The notes beneath the pieces were generated by a model. The model saw only the letters and a program-made list of their open reading frames with translations, was not told where the DNA came from and ran no database searches. Shown here piece by piece: positions 49,334 to 56,884 of a stretch of 56,884 nt of DNA. Position numbers and translations under genes: made by a program. The stretch is taken from the sequence record DRR723986_1321; one strand, 5' to 3'. Within the stretch, counting starts at the first letter, position 1, and each line of letters opens with the position of its first letter.

Positions 49334-49876
49334 TCAGAAGAACATGCCCGTTTCGAGCTGCGCTTCCTCGGACATCATTTCGCGTTGCCAGGGTGGATCG
49401 AATACCAGTTGCACGGCAACCTCCCTCACATTGGGTACCAGTGCGACCCGGTGTTCGACATCACCCACCAGTACCGGGCCCATACCGCAGCCGGGGGCCG
49501 TCAGTGTCATATCGATTTCCACCCGGCCCTGCTGCTGGTCGATTGCCACCCGGTAGATCAGGCCGAGATTGACCAGGTCCACAGGGATTTCAGGATCGAA
49601 TACCGTATGCAGGCCCTGCCAGACCTGCGCCTCGTCGATCTCGCCACTGGCAGGGGGCTCAAACTCGAGCCGGAGGGGTTCCAGCCCGAGCGCATCGGCA
49701 TCGGTCCCGTCTACCCGCACCATGTTGCCGTTATAGGTGAGGGTATAGTTGCCGCCCAATGACTGGGTCAGGGTGACGAAGGTATGGGCGGGAATGGTCA
49801 CCTTGTCCCCTACCGGCACCAGGCGCGCGGGGCAGTCCCGGTTAGTCGTCAGTATGGTGCGTTCCTGGGCGCTCAT
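49334..49876 (-). CDS. sufT: Fe-S assembly protein SufT (DUF59)
   Basis: DPEIPV, TLTAPGCGMG, FDPPW. Confidence 0.9.
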   Translation of the reverse strand: MSAQERTILTTNRDCPARLVPVGDKVTIPAHTFVTLTQSLGGNYTLTYNGNMVRVDGTDADALGLEPLRLEFEPPASGEIDEAQVWQGLHTVFDPEIPVDLVNLGLIYRVAIDQQQGRVEIDMTLTAPGCGMGPVLVGDVEHRVALVPNVREVAVQLVFDPPWQREMMSEEAQLETGMFF

Positions 49877-50229
49877 TCGATGCTGAAACTCTCGCCACAA
49901 CCACAAGCAGCAGTCACGTTCGGGTTGTTAAACTTCAGCGTGCGGTTGATGCCCTCGCGCACGTAGTCCAGCTCGGTGCCCCGCAGGAAGTCGACCGCGG
50001 CCTGTTCCACGTAGACCACCATGCCGTTATCCAGCTCGATAGCAAGATCGTCGGCCTGGCCGTCATCCACCTCTTCCATAACGTACATATAACCGGTGCA
50101 GCCGCTTTCCTTGACGCTCACCCGGACTGCCTGCATGCCCTTGGTACCGGCCTGCGCTTTCAGGTGGGCGGCGGCCTCCGGGGTGACCGTGATCACCTGG
50201 TCGCTGACCTCAAAGATTTCTACACTCAT
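49873..50229 (-). CDS. sufA: A-type Fe-S carrier (SufA/HesB/IscA family)
   Basis: SGCTGY, NPN...CGCGESF. Confidence 0.9.
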   Translation of the reverse strand: MSVEIFEVSDQVITVTPEAAAHLKAQAGTKGMQAVRVSVKESGCTGYMYVMEEVDDGQADDLAIELDNGMVVYVEQAAVDFLRGTELDYVREGINRTLKFNNPNVTAACGCGESFSIE

Positions 50230-50260
50230 GCTCTCTTCTCCGCTCAAGGGCACCCGCCGT

Positions 50261-51505
50261 TCAGGCAAACAGGGCCCTGGCCTTGCGAATCCCGGCGAAC
50301 AGCGCATCAACGTCTGCCCGCGTGTTGTAAATCGAATAACTTGCCCGCGCCGTACCGGGCACGCCGAAGCGCTCCATCAGCGGTTGCGTGCAGTGGTGAC
50401 CGGTGCGCACCGCGATACCCTGCTGGTCCAGCAACATGCCGAGATCCGACGGGTGACAACCTTCCAGCAGGAAGCTGAAAATACCGACCGCCTGCGCAGG
50501 TGCCCCGACCCGCACCAGGCCCTCGACGCTACTCGCCTGTTCCAGGGTGTATTGCAACAGCGCTTGCTCGTGCGCTTCGGCCCCTGCCCGGTCCAGCGAA
50601 TTGACGTACGCAATCGCGGCGCCCAGGCCGATCACCCCCGCAATATTGGGGGTACCCGCTTCGAATTTAAAGGGCAGTACATTGAAGGTGCTGCCGGCGA
50701 AGGACACGGTTTCAATCATCTCCCCGCCGCCGAGGAAAGGCGGCATGGCCTCGAGCAGTTCCTCCCGGCCCCAGAGCACCCCGATGCCAGTAGGCCCGAA
50801 CAGCTTGTGCCCGGAGAAGGCATAGAAGTCACAGTCCAGCGCCTGCACATCCACCGGCCAGTGCGCGACTGCCTGGGCGCCGTCGACCAGCACCTTGGCA
50901 CCCACCGCATGCGCCCGGCGAATAATCTCGGCCACCGGGTTCACCGTGCCGATGGCATTGGAGACATGATTCACCGCAACCATTTTGACCCGCTCGTCGA
51001 GCAGGTCATCCAGTGCATCGAGGTCGATTTCGCCACGATCGTTTACCGGGATTGGCACACACTCCGCGCCGGTCTGCGCACATACCATTTGCCAGGGCAC
51101 GATATCGCTGTGGTGCTCAAGCCAGGGCAACAGTACCCGGTCACCCGGGCCGAGATTGCTGCGCCCCCAGCTGTTGGCGACCAGGTTAATGGCCTCGGTG
51201 ACACCGCGCACCCAGATCACCTGCCGCGAGTCCGGACTGTTAAGAAATGCCGCTGCCGCCTCCCGCGCTGCCTCGAAGGCCCGGGTGGCGCGATCACTCA
51301 GGGCGTGCGCGGCGCGGTGCACGTTGGCATTATCGCGCCGGTAATAGTTGCTGATCGCCTCGATGACCGCTTCCGGTTTCTGGGTGGTGGCGGCATTGTC
51401 GAGGTATACCAGCGGATAGCCATTGACCTGCTGGTCGAGGATCGGGAAGTCCGCGCGCACTGCTTCAGCATCGAAGGCAGCGGAAGGCCGGGTGATTGCC
51501 GTCAT
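50261..51505 (-). CDS. sufS: Cysteine desulfurase SufS
   Basis: YLDNAATTQKP, FSGHK, RTGHHC. Confidence 0.95.
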   Translation of the reverse strand: MTAITRPSAAFDAEAVRADFPILDQQVNGYPLVYLDNAATTQKPEAVIEAISNYYRRDNANVHRAAHALSDRATRAFEAAREAAAAFLNSPDSRQVIWVRGVTEAINLVANSWGRSNLGPGDRVLLPWLEHHSDIVPWQMVCAQTGAECVPIPVNDRGEIDLDALDDLLDERVKMVAVNHVSNAIGTVNPVAEIIRRAHAVGAKVLVDGAQAVAHWPVDVQALDCDFYAFSGHKLFGPTGIGVLWGREELLEAMPPFLGGGEMIETVSFAGSTFNVLPFKFEAGTPNIAGVIGLGAAIAYVNSLDRAGAEAHEQALLQYTLEQASSVEGLVRVGAPAQAVGIFSFLLEGCHPSDLGMLLDQQGIAVRTGHHCTQPLMERFGVPGTARASYSIYNTRADVDALFAGIRKARALFA

Positions 51506-52782
51506 GCGATATGCCTCGTCAGCTGCGGATCACGGGACAGGCGACGGGCCAGCAGCGGGTGCAGGAAATCCTTCAGCGGCTGGCTGTCCAGACGCTCGAC
51601 CAATTCGTTGATGAAGCCGTAGCTGAGCATGACCTCCGCCTCCTCCCGGCTAACTCCGCGCGTGCGCAGGTAGTGCAACATGCCCTCATCGGGGCGCGCG
51701 ACCGTGGTGCCGTGCGCGCACTGCACGTCGTCGGCGTAGATTTCCAGTTCCGGCTTGGTGTTCACCTCGGCGCTGGCGCTGGTCAGCAGGTTTCTGTTGC
51801 TCAACTCCGCGCGGGTCTTCTGCGCATCGGGATGGATGTGGATACGCCCATTGAAAACCGCGCTCGCCTCGTCGCCGATGATGCCGCGAAACACTTCGTC
51901 ACTGGTGCAGTGCGGCACCGCGTGCTCGATACAGCTGTGGTAGTCCACCCGCTCGCGACCGCGCAGCAGGTATATTCCGTTGAGGTCGCAGTGCGCCCCC
52001 GGACCGGCGTGCTCCACCACCAGGTCGATACGCTTCAGGTCACTGCCGAAGGCCACGTGGAAACTGTCCAGGTGAGCATCGCGGTCAAGCCGGGCATGGA
52101 CGCCACCAATGTGCATGGCACCGCCCTGCTCCAGGTGCAGGCGACTGTGCCGCAGGCGCGCGCCCCGACCCAACAGCAATTCGGTAATGCCATTGGTAAA
52201 CGCAGCCGGACTGTCGCCGGCGAAGTGCTCGATGACTGATGCCGATGCATTGTCGCCCAGCACTACCAACAGTCGCTGGGTAACAGTAAAGGCAGTCTCC
52301 TGTGCGCTGCTCAGGTAGACGATATGAATGGCCTGTTCAAGCGCCACACCGGGCGCGACTTCCAGGTACAGGCCATCGCTCAGGGTTGCATCGTTAAGAT
52401 TGGCAAACAGGTGCCTGTCGGACGTGACCGCACTCCCGAGGTACTCCTGGATGCGTTCGGCCTGTTGCGCATCGGCATCGGCAAAGCGCCGCAGGGCGAC
52501 CCCGTCGGGTAGCGACGCGGCAGCGACTCCCTCGCGCAGAAAGCCATCGACAAAGACCAGGCGCATGCCGCCCAGGTCGGGTACATCGCCTGCCTCGTTG
52601 TCTGCGGCCCGCGCAGCGACGAAGGCCTGTTCCAGCGGCCGCAGGCTGGTGTATTTCCAGTCTTCGGTCTTGCGAGTCGGTTGCTGGCTGGCGGACCAGC
52701 GCGCCCTGCCCTGCTCGCGCAGACCGTCAAGCCAGGCGGGGGCCTCACTGGGGACCAGCAGTCCCTGGATGATATCCGGCAT
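51502..52782 (-). CDS. sufD: Fe-S assembly protein SufD
   Basis: EDWKYT, VFNGRI, KPELEIYADDVQCAHG. Confidence 0.95.
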   Translation of the reverse strand: MPDIIQGLLVPSEAPAWLDGLREQGRARWSASQQPTRKTEDWKYTSLRPLEQAFVAARAADNEAGDVPDLGGMRLVFVDGFLREGVAAASLPDGVALRRFADADAQQAERIQEYLGSAVTSDRHLFANLNDATLSDGLYLEVAPGVALEQAIHIVYLSSAQETAFTVTQRLLVVLGDNASASVIEHFAGDSPAAFTNGITELLLGRGARLRHSRLHLEQGGAMHIGGVHARLDRDAHLDSFHVAFGSDLKRIDLVVEHAGPGAHCDLNGIYLLRGRERVDYHSCIEHAVPHCTSDEVFRGIIGDEASAVFNGRIHIHPDAQKTRAELSNRNLLTSASAEVNTKPELEIYADDVQCAHGTTVARPDEGMLHYLRTRGVSREEAEVMLSYGFINELVERLDSQPLKDFLHPLLARRLSRDPQLTRHIA

Positions 52783-53531
52783 CAGGCGACCTCATCCTCA
52801 ATCCAGCCATAGCCCTTCGCCTCGAGTTCCAGGGCCAGGGACTTGTCGCCGGAGCGCACGATGCGCCCGCCCGACAAAACGTGTACGTAATCCGGCTCGA
52901 TATAATTGAGCAGGCGCTGGTAATGGGTTACCAGGACAAACGAGCGTTCCGGAGAGCGCATCGCGTTGACCCCGCGGGCCACGACCTGCAGGGCGTCGAT
53001 ATCCAGCCCGGAGTCTGTTTCGTCCATGATGCACAGGGTCGGCTCCAGCAACATCATCTGCAGCAATTCATTGCGCTTCTTCTCACCACCGGAGAAGCCC
53101 TCATTGACACCGCGCTTCAGGAAACTGGCGTCCAGATCCACCGCCTTGCTGGCTTCCCGGGCAAGCTTCATGAAGCTGACGGTATCCAGAGGCTCCTGCC
53201 CGCGACTCTCGCGGGTGGCGTCCACCGCGGCCTTGAGAAACTCCATGTTGCTGACCCCGGGGATCTCCACCGGGTACTGGAAGGCAAGGAAAATCCCCGC
53301 GTGCGCCCGCTCCTCAGTCTCCATCGCCAGCAGGTCGCGGCCGCCAAAGCTCACCGAGCCGCCGGTGTGTTCATAACCGGGCCGTCCCGCCAGTACATGG
53401 CCGAGGGTGCTCTTGCCGGAGCCATTCGGGCCCATGATGGCGTGCACTTCCCCGGGGTTTACCTCCAGGCTGAGGCCGGTGAGGATGGTTTTGCCGTCGA
53501 CCTGCGCCTTCAGCTTGTCTATTTTCAGCAT
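52782..53531 (-). CDS. sufC: Fe-S assembly ATPase SufC
   Basis: GPNGSGKST, FSGGEKKRNE, DETDSGLD. Confidence 0.97.
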   Translation of the reverse strand: MLKIDKLKAQVDGKTILTGLSLEVNPGEVHAIMGPNGSGKSTLGHVLAGRPGYEHTGGSVSFGGRDLLAMETEERAHAGIFLAFQYPVEIPGVSNMEFLKAAVDATRESRGQEPLDTVSFMKLAREASKAVDLDASFLKRGVNEGFSGGEKKRNELLQMMLLEPTLCIMDETDSGLDIDALQVVARGVNAMRSPERSFVLVTHYQRLLNYIEPDYVHVLSGGRIVRSGDKSLALELEAKGYGWIEDEVA

Positions 53532-53549
53532 GGTGTTGGTTCCCGTTGG

Positions 53550-54992
53550 TTATCCGACTGCGCCTTCAAGGCTGACTTCCAGCAATTTTCCGGCCTCGAC
53601 CGCAAACTCCATGGGCAGTTCTTTGAAAACTTCCTTGCAGAAGCCGTTAACGATCATCGATACGGCCTTTTCCTGATCGAGCCCGCGCTGCTGGCACAGG
53701 TAAAGCTGGTCATCACTGACCTTGGAGGTGGTCGCCTCGTGCTCGACCATCGCACTGGGGTTCTTGCTCTCGATGTAGGGGAAGGTGTGCGCACCGCACT
53801 TGTCGCCGATCAGCAGCGAATCGCACTGGGTGTAGTTACGCGCACCGTCTGCCCGCGGTCCCATGCGCACCAGGCCGCGATAGGCATTGCTTGACCTGCC
53901 CGCGGAGATGCCCTTGGAAATGATGGTTGAGCGGGTGTTCTTGCCGAGGTGGATCATCTTGGTCCCGGTATCCGCCTGCTGGCAGTTGTTGGTCAGGGCC
54001 ACCGAATAGAATTCGCCGACGCTGTTGTCACCGCGCAGGATACAGCTCGGGTACTTCCAGGTGATCGCCGAGCCAGTCTCGACCTGGGTCCAGGAAATTT
54101 TGGCATTGGTATGGGCCAGGCCACGCTTGGTGACAAAGTTGTAGATACCGCCCTTACCTTCTTCATCACCGGGATACCAGTTCTGTACCGTGGAATATTT
54201 GATTTCAGCATCGTCCATGGCCACCAGCTCAACGACCGCCGCGTGCAGCTGGTTCTCATCCCGCATGGGGGCAGTACAGCCCTCGAGGTAGCTGACATGG
54301 CTGCCTTCATCGGCGACGATCAGGGTGCGCTCAAACTGCCCCGTGTTGGCCTCGTTGATACGGAAGTAGGTAGACAACTCCATGGGACAGCGCACGCCCC
54401 TGGGAATGTAGACAAAAGAGCCATCGGAGAACACGGCGCTATTGAGGGCCGCGTAGTAATTGTCCTTGCGCGGCACCACAGTACCGAGGTACTTGCGCAC
54501 CAGATCGGGGTACTCCCTGATCGCCTCGGAGATGGAACAGAACAGGACGCCGGCCTCGGCGAGTTTCTCCCGGAAAGTTGTGGTCACCGACACCGAGTCG
54601 AACACCACGTCCACCGCCACCCCCGCCAGGGTGGCCTGCTCGTGGAGGGGAATACCGAGCTTCTCGTAGGTACGGAGCAATTCCGGGTCGACCTCATCCA
54701 GGCTCTTGGGGCGGTTCTCCTGCATGCTCTTGGGCGAGGAGTAATAGGAAATCGCCTGGAAGTCGACTTCCGGGTAGTGCACATGCGCCCACTCGGGCTC
54801 CACCATCTCCCGCCATACACGGAACGCCTCGAGACGCCACTCGAGCATCCATTCCGGCTCTTCCTTCTTCGCCGACAGTGCACGGACGACGTCTTCATTG
54901 AGGCCGGGGGGAAAGGTCTCCGACTCGATCATCGTGGTAAAACCGGCCGCGTAATCGCGCTTTATGGCCTTGTCGATATGTTCCTGTGTCAT
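53550..54992 (-). CDS. sufB: Fe-S assembly protein SufB
   Basis: [28 protein letters not shown]. Confidence 0.97.
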   Translation of the reverse strand: MTQEHIDKAIKRDYAAGFTTMIESETFPPGLNEDVVRALSAKKEEPEWMLEWRLEAFRVWREMVEPEWAHVHYPEVDFQAISYYSSPKSMQENRPKSLDEVDPELLRTYEKLGIPLHEQATLAGVAVDVVFDSVSVTTTFREKLAEAGVLFCSISEAIREYPDLVRKYLGTVVPRKDNYYAALNSAVFSDGSFVYIPRGVRCPMELSTYFRINEANTGQFERTLIVADEGSHVSYLEGCTAPMRDENQLHAAVVELVAMDDAEIKYSTVQNWYPGDEEGKGGIYNFVTKRGLAHTNAKISWTQVETGSAITWKYPSCILRGDNSVGEFYSVALTNNCQQADTGTKMIHLGKNTRSTIISKGISAGRSSNAYRGLVRMGPRADGARNYTQCDSLLIGDKCGAHTFPYIESKNPSAMVEHEATTSKVSDDQLYLCQQRGLDQEKAVSMIVNGFCKEVFKELPMEFAVEAGKLLEVSLEGAVG

Positions 54993-55045
54993 GTCCTGCC
55001 TTTTGGGTGAAGGTTCCGGGTGCCACTGGTCCCCGGGAAAGCGGC

Positions 55046-55528
55046 TTAAATCCTGTTTACCGGTATTTCCGGGCTGATCAGCCCGTCGAGTGAGCGGGTT
55101 TGCTGCTGGTTGGCGACCATGCGGATGTCATGGCGCTCGACCAGGTCCGCCAGGGTAATGTCACCAAGAAATGCGCGGATCTGGTCGCTGAGGTCCATCC
55201 ACAGGTGATGGGTCAGGCAGGTCTCGCCCTTCTGGCAATCCCCCGCACCCTGGCAGCGGGTCGCGTCGGTGGTTTCGTTCACCGCCTCGATCACCTCGGC
55301 CACGCTGATATCCGCCGGGGACTTACCCAACTGGTAGCCGCCACCCGGACCGCGGACGCTGCTAACCAGGCCCTGCCTGCGCAGCAGGGCAAACAGCTGC
55401 TCCAGGTAGGACAGGGAAATGTCCTGACGCTCGGAGATTCCGGCCAGGGGGATAGGCCCTTCGCTTTGCTTCAGCGCGAGGTCGAGAATAGACGTTACAG
55501 CGTAACGCCCCTTGGTTGTCAGTCGCAT
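55046..55528 (-). CDS. iscR: Rrf2-family Fe-S transcriptional regulator IscR
   Basis: [30 protein letters not shown]5-C-X5-C-LTH. Confidence 0.95.
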   Translation of the reverse strand: MRLTTKGRYAVTSILDLALKQSEGPIPLAGISERQDISLSYLEQLFALLRRQGLVSSVRGPGGGYQLGKSPADISVAEVIEAVNETTDATRCQGAGDCQKGETCLTHHLWMDLSDQIRAFLGDITLADLVERHDIRMVANQQQTRSLDGLISPEIPVNRI

Positions 55529-55566
55529 AGGCAAACACCGTCGGGAGCTTGATCAACAGGCCGGGA

Positions 55567-55599
55567 ATTATCTAATTTCCGAGTATTTTAGTCAAGTAA
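55567..55599 (-). promoter_or_regulatory. iscR promoter with overlapping type-1 IscR site
   Basis: Minus strand TTACTTGACTAAAATACTCGGAAAT; -35 TTGACT, 17 bp spacer, -10 GATAAT. Confidence 0.8.
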
Positions 55600-55727
55600 A
55601 AGACCCTGATCTTCATGGGGATAAGAGCCGCCACGCGTTCCCTGGCGGGGAGAGCCCCGGCTGCCCGCACTGGTCTGGGTCAGATAAGCAGGTTACGCTC
55701 AAACTATGCTGATGGATTCCGCCTGAC

Positions 55728-56279
55728 ATGCCTACTACTCCTGGTATCGAGGAAGCCTCCGTACGCGCCTGGGTGGACAGCCTGGTCGTCGGCCTCAACC
55801 TCTGCCCTTTTGCCCGGCGGGAACTGCTTGCCGGACGGGTCAGGTTCTGCCTCACCGATGCGATGGACGCGGAGGGCCTGCTGCAGGCGCTAGCCCGCGA
55901 ACTGGAACGACTGGAAGCCGAGCCGGCAATCGAAACAAGCTTGCTCATCCACCCCCTGGCCTTGCAGGATTTCTACGACTACAACCAGTTCCTCGACACG
56001 GCCGACCAGCTGCTTGTGCAACTGCAGCTGGAGGGCGTCTACCAGATCGCCAGCTTTCACCCCGACTACCAGTTCGCCGGCACCGCCCCCGGCGATCCCG
56101 AGAATTACACCAACCGGTCGCCCTATCCCCTGCTGCACCTGCTCAGGGAAGCCAGCCTGGAACACGCAATCGCAACCCATCCGGATGTGGCCGGTATTCC
56201 GCAGCGCAATATCGCGCTGATGGACGAACTGGGGGCCGAGAGACTGGCGACGATGCTGGCAGCCTGCTCGCAAGGCTGA
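55728..56279 (+). CDS. DUF1415 family protein
   Basis: VGLNLCPFA, QIASFHPDYQF, NYTNRSPYP. Confidence 0.9.
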   Translation: MPTTPGIEEASVRAWVDSLVVGLNLCPFARRELLAGRVRFCLTDAMDAEGLLQALARELERLEAEPAIETSLLIHPLALQDFYDYNQFLDTADQLLVQLQLEGVYQIASFHPDYQFAGTAPGDPENYTNRSPYPLLHLLREASLEHAIATHPDVAGIPQRNIALMDELGAERLATMLAACSQG

Positions 56280-56448
56280 GGATCTGCCGGGCAACAGCCC
56301 CTCCGTGAAAAGTGCCGGGTAATCACGGGCCCTACGCGTTGTAGCCCCGCGCTCATTGCTCTAAACTGCGCCCCCTCTTCTGGTCGCTTACTCTTTTGTT
56401 TGGCTGTTTTGACAGCCGCCATCCTGAACGATCAGTAATCCGCCATAT

Positions 56449-56486
56449 CAGCCTACTCCCGAGCAACCGGGGAGCGGGCTGTTTTT
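56449..56486 (+). terminator. Intrinsic terminator-like hairpin in the sulP leader
   Basis: CAGCCT-A-CTCCC ... GGGAG-C-GGGCTG followed by TTTTT, ending 14 nt before the ATG. Confidence 0.65.
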
Positions 56487-56500
56487 GCTTGAGATATCGT

Positions 56501-56884
56501 ATGTTTGAGTTTCACCCCAGCAAGGTCGCCACCGTTCGCAACGATGTATTGTCCGGCCTGACCGTGGCCCTGGCCCTGGTGCCCGAGGCTGTCGCCTTTG
56601 CCTTCGTCGCCGGGGTAGAGCCCCTGGTGGGTCTCTATGCCGCCTTCATGGTTGGCCTGATTACCGCCTGTATCGGCGGCCGGCCGGGGATGATTTCTGG
56701 CGCGACCGGCGCACTGGCCGTGGTCATGGTCACCCTGGTTGCTGACCATGGCGTCGAGTACCTGTTTGCCGCCGTGGTGCTCATGGGCTTCCTGCAGATC
56801 CTGGCGGGGGCGATGCGTCTGGGCAAATTCATCCGCATGGTGCCCCACCCGGTAATGCTGGGCTTCGTCAACGGGCTCGCCATC
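56501..56884 (+). CDS. SulP/SLC26-family anion transporter (partial)
   Basis: Absent from the ORF track; translated by hand: MFEFHP...[20 protein letters not shown]...GLYAAF...[13 protein letters not shown]. Confidence 0.93.
   Translation, partial: MFEFHPSKVATVRNDVLSGLTVALALVPEAVAFAFVAGVEPLVGLYAAFMVGLITACIGGRPGMISGATGALAVVMVTLVADHGVEYLFAAVVLMGFLQILAGAMRLGKFIRMVPHPVMLGFVNGLAI

Noticed and set aside
48178-55010. Long plus-strand ORFs (464, 508, 337, 353 aa) and similar antisense ORFs across the window
   Set aside because: They lie opposite well-supported genes and have no motifs; typical shadow ORFs of GC-rich DNA.
1-56884. CRISPR arrays, tRNA/rRNA genes, transposases, integrases, prophage genes
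   Set aside because: None seen by eye; short or degenerate elements could have been missed without tools.

Overview
GC-rich bacterial chromosomal segment. The gene repertoire suggests a marine gammaproteobacterium, possibly Halieaceae/Cellvibrionales (inference only). I saw no rRNA, tRNA, CRISPR array or IS element. Contents in order: (1) 1-8.6 kb, a signalling cluster with an H-NOX heme sensor, two membrane histidine kinases, a PAS-HisKA protein with no ATPase domain, a REC-HD-GYP phosphodiesterase, a stand-alone DUF3391-like protein and two more response regulators; (2) a secreted S8 protease behind a perfect CRP-type site; (3) a PLP decarboxylase, NADAR, an unknown protein and a K+-dependent membrane pyrophosphatase; (4) a catabolic-looking cluster (cupin, P450 with an apparent CTG start, phosphotransferase, lactonase-like protein, two SDRs, His-type DegT enzyme); (5) transporters, a kinase/phospho-lyase pair and assorted enzymes; (6) nifJ plus a DHOD-like gene, and an uncharacterised three-gene exported-protein unit, each behind an FNR-type box; (7) iscR-sufBCDS-A-T-E; (8) DUF1415 and a partial sulP with an attenuator-like leader. 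The best candidates for undescribed biology are the H-NOX network, the FNR-boxed exported-protein unit and the sulP leader RNA. All family assignments come from motif recognition by eye, without database searches.
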